Shown here in pieces: positions 12,129 to 20,404 of a stretch of DNA of 64,000 bases (positions within the stretch are counted from its first letter, which is position 1; each line of letters starts with the position of its first letter). The DNA is from an uncultured Methanosarcinales archaeon (GTDB lineage: Archaea; Nanobdellota; Nanobdellia; Woesearchaeales; CAXGTL01), in assembly GCA_964535955.1 (NCBI GenBank), contig CAZHVK010000003.1, positions 62,001 to 126,000 on the forward strand. Reading direction: 5' to 3'. A model generated the notes under the pieces. That model did no database searches. It was not told the DNA's origin and saw only the letters and a list, made by a program, of their open reading frames with translations. The position numbers and the translations under genes are program-made.

Positions 12129-14318
12129 TTATTTAAAAAATTTAAAAATAAGTAATCCAAAAATTGCTAACAATAAAACTGCAACAATTACTAGTAAAAC
12201 AACATAGCCAGTAGAATCTGTAAAACTTTGGTCGCCAATAATTACTTGGCCTCCTTGTTCTCCTTCACCTTCTGCTTCGCCTTCAGATTCACCTTCTCCT
12301 TCAGCTTCGCCTTCACCTTCACCTTCTGAAGAAAACCCACTAGATGATCCTTCTGCTCCTTTAGCCTTAACTATTAAGTCTATTTCTTTGTATTCACTTT
12401 CATCATCTTTCTCATAATAGGATTTGATTTTACAAGTGTATGTTCCTGGTTTTTGATCATCATCTACTGTAAATTGAAAGATGTCGTCAAACTTGCTGCT
12501 GTCTCTTTTAACCCTTGTTCTTAATTTAGGTACATCATCATGTGAATAAATCTTAGATACACCTAATTCATTACATTCAATTCCTACTGCAGCATCTTCT
12601 TCTGCATCTCTTCCAAGATTTTGAACTTCAAAACTTAATTTTGCTGTTTCGCCTTGTTCAACTTCAGCATCTAAGAATCTTGCTTCTGTAATTTCAATCA
12701 AATGATCAGGTTTTTCAATATCTAAAAAAGCTTCCCATGTGATTTTATGCTCTGCATCATCATCATCTTCACCTTTTACAATAATCTCTACAGTATAACC
12801 ATCATCTTTTTCATCAACTTCCCTAGGAATACTAAACTTAATATCAACAGAATCATCTTCACCAGGTTCTAAAATACTTATTGAATCTGATTCATCTATA
12901 TCGTCATTATCGTCAATATCTTTGATAGTTATATCAACATCAATTCTTTTTATGTCAATATTTTTTTCATAATTATCACTACTTGAAAAATCACTAACAA
13001 GATCTACTGTAAATACTAATTCTGTTCCTGGTAAAACACCACCAAAACTAGAACCATCACCAACAGGATCATCTTCCCCTGTATTGTCTGGTGAATCATA
13101 ATTAACATTTATTTCATCAATAATTAGCCTGCTTTTTGTTTCTAATAACAAACTATTGATTCTTTTTTCAGGTGCTTCTTTTGATTTAACAATTACATCT
13201 CCAATATCACGTTCACCTGAATGTTGATCTTTAGGTACGTGAATTTTCATATTAAAACTTACACTTTCTCCAGGTATTAATGAATAATCTTCTAATTTGC
13301 TTGCAAATGTAGAATCATCATCACCATCTTGTTTAAACAAAACATTATATTGGCTACCTGCATTTGATTCAATACTAATTTCTGTTATTGTTTCATCCCC
13401 TGTATTAGTTACTGAAAAAGTGCTAGTAAGATTTTCTCTTCTTTTTTGACCAGAACTACCAAATTTTAATTCATTGATAAGATCTAATTGTTTTCTAGGT
13501 TGGATAACCTTTGCTTCAAGACCAACTTCTTTTGTTTGAGAAGGACTACCAAATGTAATTTTAGCCTTTTCATTAGCATTGTTTTTATAAACAGCTGCTG
13601 CTTGATCAGCAGGAACAGTCATTTTTGCTTTAACAGTCACACTAGATTTATAAGGTACGTCAAAAAGAGTTAAATCATCAACAGTAAATGACATTGTCTC
13701 AATATTTAATGCATTATTCCCTGTAGTATATAACCTCTTTGATGTTGGTGCTTGAACAGAAGCAGTAATATCTTTATTACCTACATTAGATACTGTAAAT
13801 ACATCAAAAGATTCTCTTCCAATAACTAAACCATCTAGAACAATATTACTTACAGATATTTGTTCATTTGTTTTAACATTAAATGCAAAATTATCACTAT
13901 CTGTAAGAGGGCTTGTACCAGAACTTGTTGCTGTAATTTGTCCTGAATAAGCTCCAGCATATGCATCAGTAGGAACAGTTATTTTAAATTTAACATCCTT
14001 TGATTCACTTGCTGCTAATGTTGCAATTTTAGTTACTTCTGTATTATCAATATAATACTTAATATTGGTTACTTTATTTGCAGTAGTCTTAACACTAGAT
14101 GCAAAACCATCTCCAATTGAAAAAGAAATATCAGTTAATTCAGTTGCTTCTCCATTTGTTACTGTAAAATATCCTTCACCAAAAGAACCACCATCAATTT
14201 CATTTGATATTGCAGTTTTTTCAGTTAATTGTAAATCAGCACTAACTGAAAATGCTAATGCAAAAAAAATCACAAATAAAAACAAAGTTTTTATCATTAT
14301 ATTTCTATTTAATTTCAT
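12129..14318 (-). CDS. Surface/S-layer-like protein with Ig-like domains, EGEGE linker and C-terminal TM anchor
   Basis: Signal peptide, repeated VxNxG Ig-like motifs, EGEGEGEAEGEGESEGEAEGEGE stalk, TM helix. C-terminal half resembles that of 6014..11821. Confidence 0.8.
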   Translation of the reverse strand: MKLNRNIMIKTLFLFVIFFALAFSVSADLQLTEKTAISNEIDGGSFGEGYFTVTNGEATELTDISFSIGDGFASSVKTTANKVTNIKYYIDNTEVTKIATLAASESKDVKFKITVPTDAYAGAYSGQITATSSGTSPLTDSDNFAFNVKTNEQISVSNIVLDGLVIGRESFDVFTVSNVGNKDITASVQAPTSKRLYTTGNNALNIETMSFTVDDLTLFDVPYKSSVTVKAKMTVPADQAAAVYKNNANEKAKITFGSPSQTKEVGLEAKVIQPRKQLDLINELKFGSSGQKRRENLTSTFSVTNTGDETITEISIESNAGSQYNVLFKQDGDDDSTFASKLEDYSLIPGESVSFNMKIHVPKDQHSGERDIGDVIVKSKEAPEKRINSLLLETKSRLIIDEINVNYDSPDNTGEDDPVGDGSSFGGVLPGTELVFTVDLVSDFSSSDNYEKNIDIKRIDVDITIKDIDDNDDIDESDSISILEPGEDDSVDIKFSIPREVDEKDDGYTVEIIVKGEDDDDAEHKITWEAFLDIEKPDHLIEITEARFLDAEVEQGETAKLSFEVQNLGRDAEEDAAVGIECNELGVSKIYSHDDVPKLRTRVKRDSSKFDDIFQFTVDDDQKPGTYTCKIKSYYEKDDESEYKEIDLIVKAKGAEGSSSGFSSEGEGEGEAEGEGESEGEAEGEGEQGGQVIIGDQSFTDSTGYVVLLVIVAVLLLAIFGLLIFKFFK

Positions 14319-14511
14319 TTTTATACCACCCTAGTTAATATTCTAAATAATCGCAATACAAGGCTTCAAAGCCCCAAATTTAAACACCCCTTTTAAAGTT
14401 ATTAATTATTCTGGAGTAGTCACAAACCATATATAAAGCTTACTATTTTGCAAACTATATATTGGAGTATATAAGATAATATATATAAATATCATTCCCT
14501 AAACCACTAAA

Positions 14512-15399
14512 ATGAAAGATTTAATATTTTCAAGCACAATAGGTAATTTTATTCTAAATAAAAAATCAAACAAAATAAAGAAATATAAACAAAAACTGAA
14601 AAATAAAGAGATAAAAGAGGGCAATATTGAAGAAAAGAGGCAAATACTGCCCTATTTGAAAAATAAAGACTATTTTAAAGACTTTATTGAAAAAAACAAA
14701 GAATTTACTAAAAATGAAATAATTAAAAGCATAAATCAAGAAAATCTAATGATACAAACAGTAAACAATATACAAGAAATAGAAAAATGCATAAACATGC
14801 TTTCTAAGCGTCTAAGAGAATGGTATTCATTATATTTACCTGAATTAGACAAATCAACAGACAAGCATGAAATCTTTACAAATCTTGTTCTTAGAAAAAA
14901 CAAAACACAATTACTAAACCAATTAAAAGTAAAAAAAGACAAATGTCTTGGCAAAGATCTTGATAAAAAAGATATAAATGAAATCAAATTCTTAGCAGGT
15001 GAAATATCAAATTTACATAAACTAAAGAAAAAACACGAAACATATCTTGAAGATATCACAAAACAGTGTATGCCAAACAGTCAAAAAGTTGCAGGAACAA
15101 TGATTGCAGCAAAGTTATTAGCACATGCAGGTACATTATTAAGATTAATAGAATTTCCATCATCAACAATACAATTATTAGGAGCAGAAAAAGCCTTGTT
15201 TAGACATCTAAAAACAGGTGCACGTTGTCCAAAACATGGAATAATTATTGGGCATGAACTAGTTGCAAAAGCAAAAAATAAAGGCAAAATGGCAAGAATC
15301 TTGGCAGATAAAATATTAATAGCTGCAAAAGTTGATTATTTCAAAGGAGAACCTATTGGAAAAACATTAAGAGATAAATTGGACAAGTTGAAGGTATAA
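14512..15399 (+). CDS. nop5: Nop5/Nop56-58 box C/D sRNP subunit (short N-terminus)
   Basis: RLREWYSLYLPE, PSSTIQLLGAEKALFRHL, PKHGII, GKMARILA..AAKVDYF. Confidence 0.95.
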   Translation: MKDLIFSSTIGNFILNKKSNKIKKYKQKLKNKEIKEGNIEEKRQILPYLKNKDYFKDFIEKNKEFTKNEIIKSINQENLMIQTVNNIQEIEKCINMLSKRLREWYSLYLPELDKSTDKHEIFTNLVLRKNKTQLLNQLKVKKDKCLGKDLDKKDINEIKFLAGEISNLHKLKKKHETYLEDITKQCMPNSQKVAGTMIAAKLLAHAGTLLRLIEFPSSTIQLLGAEKALFRHLKTGARCPKHGIIIGHELVAKAKNKGKMARILADKILIAAKVDYFKGEPIGKTLRDKLDKLKV

Positions 15400-15478
15400 A
15401 ATTAGTACACTGACTTAGTCTCTATCGTCCTCGGGTAGGCGGTTGGGGGCTGGAAGGTGGGAATATAAAGAATACAAA

Positions 15479-16138
15479 ATGAAACAAACAAAACATGCAA
15501 AAATATTCGAAGACAGAGGAAGAATATACACAATCAACCTAGTCAAGGGTAAAAAAGTTTATGGTGAAAGATTATTCATAGAAAGAGGAATTGAATATAG
15601 AGAGTGGGATATAAGAAGAAGTAAGTTAGGCGCTGCAATTAAAAAAAATATAAAACAATTAGGTTTTAAGCCAGGCAATGTAGTATTATATTTAGGATCA
15701 GCTTCTGGAACTACAGTGAGTCATGTATCAGATATTATTGGGCCAAAAGGTCTCATCTTCGCACTTGAATTCGCTCCAAGAGTTATGAGAGATCTTATGT
15801 TTATGTGTAATGACAGAAAAAACATTGCACCTATTCTAGCAGATGCACATCAACCACAAAAATATGAAGACAAAATGTGTATGGTTGATTTTGTATTTCA
15901 AGATATTGCTCAAAAAGACCAAGCAGAAATCTTCCTAAGGAATTGTGAACTATTTCTAAAAGATGATGGATTAGCAATAATTGCAATCAAATCAAGAAGT
16001 ATAGATATTACTAAAAAACCAACATTAATTTACAAAATAGTTGAGAACAAACTTAAAGAAAAAATGGATGTCATAGACTTCAAAACATTAGATCCATTTG
16101 AAAGAGATCATTGTGTATTTTTGTGTAGAAAGAGATAA
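15479..16138 (+). CDS. flpA: Fibrillarin-like rRNA/tRNA 2'-O-methyltransferase
   Basis: VYGE, YREW..RSKLGAAI, VLYLGSASGTTVSHVSD, FQDIAQKDQ, LDPFERDH. Follows nop5. Confidence 0.96.
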   Translation: MKQTKHAKIFEDRGRIYTINLVKGKKVYGERLFIERGIEYREWDIRRSKLGAAIKKNIKQLGFKPGNVVLYLGSASGTTVSHVSDIIGPKGLIFALEFAPRVMRDLMFMCNDRKNIAPILADAHQPQKYEDKMCMVDFVFQDIAQKDQAEIFLRNCELFLKDDGLAIIAIKSRSIDITKKPTLIYKIVENKLKEKMDVIDFKTLDPFERDHCVFLCRKR

Positions 16139-16169
16139 AAATAAACGTAAATATTGCCACTTTAAAATC

Positions 16170-16183
16170 GAAACATTTAAATA
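16170..16183 (+). promoter_or_regulatory. BRE/TATA promoter (GAAACA-TTTAAATA) for a leaderless transcript starting near 16207
   Basis: TATA-like box ends about 23 nt before the ATG at 16207, the usual archaeal TATA-to-start spacing. Confidence 0.65.
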
Positions 16184-16206
16184 GTTTTTATACACTACTT
16201 ATTACT

Positions 16207-16245
16207 ATGACAAAAACAAATTATTTAGGATGTTGTTGTTGTTAG
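16207..16245 (+). CDS. Putative polycysteine leader peptide MTKTNYLGCCCC
   Basis: atg aca aaa aca aat tat tta gga tgt tgt tgt tgt tag, placed between a TATA box and tRNA-Cys/cysK/cysS. Confidence 0.75.
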   Translation: MTKTNYLGCCCC

Positions 16246-16304
16246 AATTCTTTCATTGTTTTAGTTTTTAATCTATAATCATTCAAGATTATCATGATTA
16301 TTCT

Positions 16305-16376
16305 GGAAGTGTGGCCAAGCGGCTAAGGCAAGAGGCTGCAACCCTCTGATCCTGGGTTCAAGTCCCAGCACTTCCT
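16305..16376 (+). tRNA. tRNA-Cys (GCA)
   Basis: Acceptor GGAAGTG/CACTTCC, D-arm GCC/GGC, anticodon stem AGAGG/CCTCT with loop CT-GCA-AC, T-arm CTGGG-TTCAAGT-CCCAG, discriminator U. No encoded CCA. Confidence 0.97.
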
Positions 16377-16477
16377 TCTCAAAAACTAAGATAATAATGA
16401 AAGAAACAATAAAACAAAGAATAAGATGAAAAAAATAAAAAATAAATTAGAATAAATAATATTGGAGGCGAATAAAA

Positions 16478-17371
16478 ATGAAAAATAACATATTATGGAC
16501 AATAGGAGACACACCCCTTGTAAAAATAAATAAATTAAACCCTAATAAAAATGTAAAGATCTATGCAAAATTAGAAGGGTTTAACCCAACTGGAAGTATA
16601 AAAGATAGAATTGCACTAAAGATGATCCAGCAAGCAGAAGTAGAAGGTATGCTAACAAAAGACAAAACAATAATAGAAGCAACATCAGGCAACACAGGAA
16701 TTGCTTTGGCAATGATTGGAACAGTTAGAGGATACAAAGTTGAAATTGTCATGAGTGAAGCTGTTTCAGTTGAAAGAAGGAAAATAATAAAAGCATTTGG
16801 AGCAAAGATTACATTAACAGACCCAACTCAAGGAACAGATGGTGCAATTAGAAAAGTAAAAGAATTGACTGAAAAATATCCAGATAAATATTTTACACCA
16901 GATCAATTTACAAACAAGTACAATAAGATTGCACATTATAAAACAACTGCAGAAGAAATTTGGAGAGATACTGGTGGAGAAATAGATTATTTTGTTTCTT
17001 CATTAGGAACATCTGGTACAATCATGGGTGTTGGTCTTGGATTAAAAGAAAACAATCCAAATATAAAGATTGTTGAAGCACATCCTGTAAAAGGGCATTA
17101 TATCCAAGGCTTGAAAAATATGGAAGAAGCAATTGTTCCTGCAATCTATGATCCATCAAAGATTGATGAATCAATAATGATAGAGACAGAAGATGCATTT
17201 GAGATAACTCGGCAGATTGTAAAACAAGAAGGTATATTTGTAGGTATGAGTAGTGGAGCAGCACTCTTAGCAGCAATAGAAATAGCAAAAAAAATTGATT
17301 CAGGCACAATAGTTGTTATATTTCCAGACAGAGGGGAAAAGTATTTAAGTACAACATTATTTAATGAATAA
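16478..17371 (+). CDS. cysK: Cysteine synthase (O-acetylserine sulfhydrylase, CysK/CysM family)
   Basis: IGDTPLV, NPTGSIKDR (PLP Lys), EATSGNTG, GTSGT, GMSSGA, PDRGEKYLST. GGAGG SD upstream. Confidence 0.93.
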   Translation: MKNNILWTIGDTPLVKINKLNPNKNVKIYAKLEGFNPTGSIKDRIALKMIQQAEVEGMLTKDKTIIEATSGNTGIALAMIGTVRGYKVEIVMSEAVSVERRKIIKAFGAKITLTDPTQGTDGAIRKVKELTEKYPDKYFTPDQFTNKYNKIAHYKTTAEEIWRDTGGEIDYFVSSLGTSGTIMGVGLGLKENNPNIKIVEAHPVKGHYIQGLKNMEEAIVPAIYDPSKIDESIMIETEDAFEITRQIVKQEGIFVGMSSGAALLAAIEIAKKIDSGTIVVIFPDRGEKYLSTTLFNE

Positions 17372-17389
17372 AGTACAAAGGTGAAGAAT

Positions 17390-18805
17390 ATGAAAAAACA
17401 CGAATTGTATTTATATAATACACTCACAAGAAAAAAAGAATTATTTAAGCCAATAGTTTCAGGAGAAGTGGGATTCTATAGTTGTGGGCCTACTGTTTAC
17501 TGGAATCAGCATATTGGGAATCTAAGGACTTATGTTTTTAATGATATTCTTAAAAGAGTATTATTATATGATGGATATAAAGTAAAACACATTATGAATG
17601 TCACAGATGTTGGCCACCTTACCAGTGATGCTGATACTGGCGAAGACAAGATGGAAAAAGCAGCTGCAAAAGAAGGAAAAAAAGCACAAGACATTGCAGA
17701 TTATTATTGGAAAATATTTAGACAAGACTTTAGAAAACTAAATATTATTGAACCAGATGTATGGTGTAAAGCAACTGAATACATACAAGAACAAATTAAT
17801 ATGTTAAAAGTTCTTGAAAAAAAAGGCTTCACATATAAAACATCTGATGGTATTTATTTTGATTCATTAAAATTAAATGATTATGGTAAATTAGCAAAAC
17901 TAAAGATAGAAGGATTAAAAGCAGGAATAAGAACAGATGTAAGAGAAAAAAAAAACCCAACTGATTTTGCTTTGTGGAAATTTTCAGAAAAACCAGGAAT
18001 AAGACAACAAGAATGGAACTCACCTTGGGGAATTGGGTTTCCAGGTTGGCATCTCGAATGTTCTGCAATGGCAGCAAAACATTTAGGTAAACAATTTGAT
18101 ATTCATACAGGTGGTGAAGACCATATCACTGTTCACCATACAAATGAGATTGCACAAGCAGAAGCAGCTTTTGGCAAAAAACCATGGGTAAAGTATTGGT
18201 TACATGGAGCTTTTTTAACATCAAAAGGTGAAAAAATCAGCAAAAGCAAAGGAGGTTTATTTACAATAGATAACTTAGAAGAAAAAAGATTCAAACCTTT
18301 AAGTTACAGATACTTGTGTCTTAATACACATTATAGAAAACAATTAAGCTTTTCATTAGAAGTTTTAAAAAATGCAGAAAAATCATATGATAGATTAAGA
18401 ACCATAATCAGAGATTTAAAACAAGAAAAAGATAAATCAAAAACAGAACAAAATACAAATAAACAAGAAATAAATGAATTATATTTAACAAAATTCGAAG
18501 ATGCAATCAATGACGATCTTAACATGCCACAAGCATTAGCAGTTTTATGGGACTTTGTTAGAGACAAAGATGCAAAAGGTAAATTAAAGACAATTGAAGA
18601 AATGGAAAAAGTGTTTGCTTTGGATTTGTTAGTTGAAGAAGAGAAAGTTAAAGTTTCTGATAAAATCACAAAACTTATTGATGAGCGTGAACAAGCAAGA
18701 AAAGACAAAGATTTTGCAAAAGCAGATAAAATAAGGGATAAACTAAAAGAAAAAGGAATAATTCTAGAAGATACTAAAGATGGTGTTAGGTGGAAAAAAG
18801 TTTAA
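17390..18805 (+). CDS. cysS: Cysteine--tRNA ligase
   Basis: CGPTVY, HIGN, DFALWK, PGWHLECSAM, DIHTGG..HHTNE, KISKS, AD.IRD.L. AAGGTGA SD before ATG 17390. Confidence 0.97.
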   Translation: MKKHELYLYNTLTRKKELFKPIVSGEVGFYSCGPTVYWNQHIGNLRTYVFNDILKRVLLYDGYKVKHIMNVTDVGHLTSDADTGEDKMEKAAAKEGKKAQDIADYYWKIFRQDFRKLNIIEPDVWCKATEYIQEQINMLKVLEKKGFTYKTSDGIYFDSLKLNDYGKLAKLKIEGLKAGIRTDVREKKNPTDFALWKFSEKPGIRQQEWNSPWGIGFPGWHLECSAMAAKHLGKQFDIHTGGEDHITVHHTNEIAQAEAAFGKKPWVKYWLHGAFLTSKGEKISKSKGGLFTIDNLEEKRFKPLSYRYLCLNTHYRKQLSFSLEVLKNAEKSYDRLRTIIRDLKQEKDKSKTEQNTNKQEINELYLTKFEDAINDDLNMPQALAVLWDFVRDKDAKGKLKTIEEMEKVFALDLLVEEEKVKVSDKITKLIDEREQARKDKDFAKADKIRDKLKEKGIILEDTKDGVRWKKV

Positions 18806-18812
18806 TAGAGGA

Positions 18813-19304
18813 TTATTTATAATCATCTATTCCAAATTTATCTGCCAAACGTCTCCTACCTCTTTTAACAGATTCTCCATATTCTTTTTTTTGTTTTTTT
18901 CTTATTTCCTCGTTTCTTCTTAATTTCTTATTATAGTGGTTATCGATAAGAGTCTCCCAATCACCAGGAATAAAACAATCAATATTATGAGGATAAGATG
19001 TGTAATCATAGACACTACCTTTACATTGGAAAACTGTTTTTTTATTATAAATAATACTTAATTCCACTTCATATCTTGTAGGATCTAACTCAGGATCAAC
19101 ATCAGCATCAATTATTAATCCTTTTTCTAATTTCATGCGTCCTTTAAAATTTTTATATCCTATAAAAATATTAAACGCTTTCTTAAAAATCTCCTTATCT
19201 TTACCATCTGATCTTCTTTCTTCAACCAAATCTTCCAAAGTCCTTTTCCTATCTAAACTCTCTATCAAATTGGCTGAATCTGGAACTTCTATCAAGATAA
19301 ACAC
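18813..19304 (-). CDS. Hypothetical protein, last gene of the kinase/vWA operon
   Basis: 163-aa ORF overlapping the upstream gene end, strong GGAGGAGGTG SD. The true start may lie a few codons downstream. Confidence 0.6.
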   Translation of the reverse strand: MFILIEVPDSANLIESLDRKRTLEDLVEERRSDGKDKEIFKKAFNIFIGYKNFKGRMKLEKGLIIDADVDPELDPTRYEVELSIIYNKKTVFQCKGSVYDYTSYPHNIDCFIPGDWETLIDNHYNKKLRRNEEIRKKQKKEYGESVKRGRRRLADKFGIDDYK

Positions 19305-20289
19305 CTCCTCCTAAATATTCATCACCTATCCTTCTTGATCTTCTAGATGTGGAATGAATAATTTTTTTGTTTGTATAACTTTTTTTAAAAGCTTCAAAAA
19401 CATTTACAGCACTTGACAAGAACTGATCCTTTAGACAAAGTTCATCACAAAGCAGCATTCTTCTATAACCAATATCATAAAGCCAAGCAAGTTCTGATAA
19501 ATCAGCACAACTAGGCACTGGTTTATCAACTAATGATAACAAGATTCTTGAACCAGCCATTGCATCTGGATCTTTATCAACAATCAATTTAACAGCATCT
19601 AATATTTCATGAGGTTTATCAACTTCAACATAAAGATCACCACGAGCAGCCATCAAAGATAAATAATTATCTTTTCTAAATTCATTTGCAACATAATGCA
19701 AACCTTTTTTATCTTCTATCTTTAATATAATCTCAGCATCTTTACCAATATAATCTCTGAATTCTTCAACATCTCTTTGACTATGAGTATATGATAAACA
19801 ATATTTATTAAAACCAGCTTTTACTGCTTTTTGAATCTTTTCAATCTCATAATCAAGAAACATTGGACCATGTACTTGAAGAGTTGGTTCTCTTATGTGT
19901 AATGATTCACCTTCAGAGACCATAAAATGAGGTCCTCCCTGGAATATCAAGCGATTTCCACCAACTATCTTATCAAGAACACAATAATCTTCACCAGCTT
20001 TAAACAAAACAGTTGTAGGTGTCTTGACAGATATAGGATGGTTAAGTACAAGCTCAAGATGATCCTTATATGCTTCAACTTCTGTTACTCTCAATTGCCA
20101 ACCTTTTATATCAAAATACAAAGGTATATGATCTTCGATAGAGTTAGCAATCTCAAGCTCTCCATCAAGTTGATTACCCTTAATCATCGCACTGTTTAAT
20201 CTTATTCCACACAACCTATTATCTTTTGCAAACTTTTTAAAGTGTGGAAATGTCGGCCAAAGTGTTACCATCAATTCCAGGTCTTTCAT
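19249..20289 (-). CDS. Divergent pyruvate-kinase-like protein (barrel plus B domain, no C-terminal domain)
   Basis: VTLWP, IRLNS, FDIKG.QLRV, LSY, IILKIE, LMAARGDLYVEV and MLLCDE correspond to pyruvate kinase motifs. Only 346 aa. Confidence 0.8.
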   Translation of the reverse strand: MKDLELMVTLWPTFPHFKKFAKDNRLCGIRLNSAMIKGNQLDGELEIANSIEDHIPLYFDIKGWQLRVTEVEAYKDHLELVLNHPISVKTPTTVLFKAGEDYCVLDKIVGGNRLIFQGGPHFMVSEGESLHIREPTLQVHGPMFLDYEIEKIQKAVKAGFNKYCLSYTHSQRDVEEFRDYIGKDAEIILKIEDKKGLHYVANEFRKDNYLSLMAARGDLYVEVDKPHEILDAVKLIVDKDPDAMAGSRILLSLVDKPVPSCADLSELAWLYDIGYRRMLLCDELCLKDQFLSSAVNVFEAFKKSYTNKKIIHSTSRRSRRIGDEYLGGGVYLDRSSRFSQFDREFR

Positions 20290-20310
20290 TTTTTATCAAC
20301 CTCCATATTT

Positions 20311-20394
20311 TGTCAAGAACCATTGGTCAATAGACCAGTGGTTCTTGATCATGCTCAGTATACCACCAGTCTATTGACTGGTGGAATACTGACA
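20311..20394. repeat. Twin-hairpin intergenic element, copy A
   Basis: TGTCA-[hairpin]-TGATCATGCTCAG-[hairpin]-CTGACA; same scaffold at 31628..31681. Confidence 0.8.
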
Positions 20395-20404
20395 TATCAA
20401 ATCA

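Noticed and set aside
15400..15478. Box C/D guide RNA or rRNA fragment call
   Set aside because: Only one CTGA and no convincing C/C' boxes; resemblance to rRNA is too short. Kept only as an unexplained GC-rich island.
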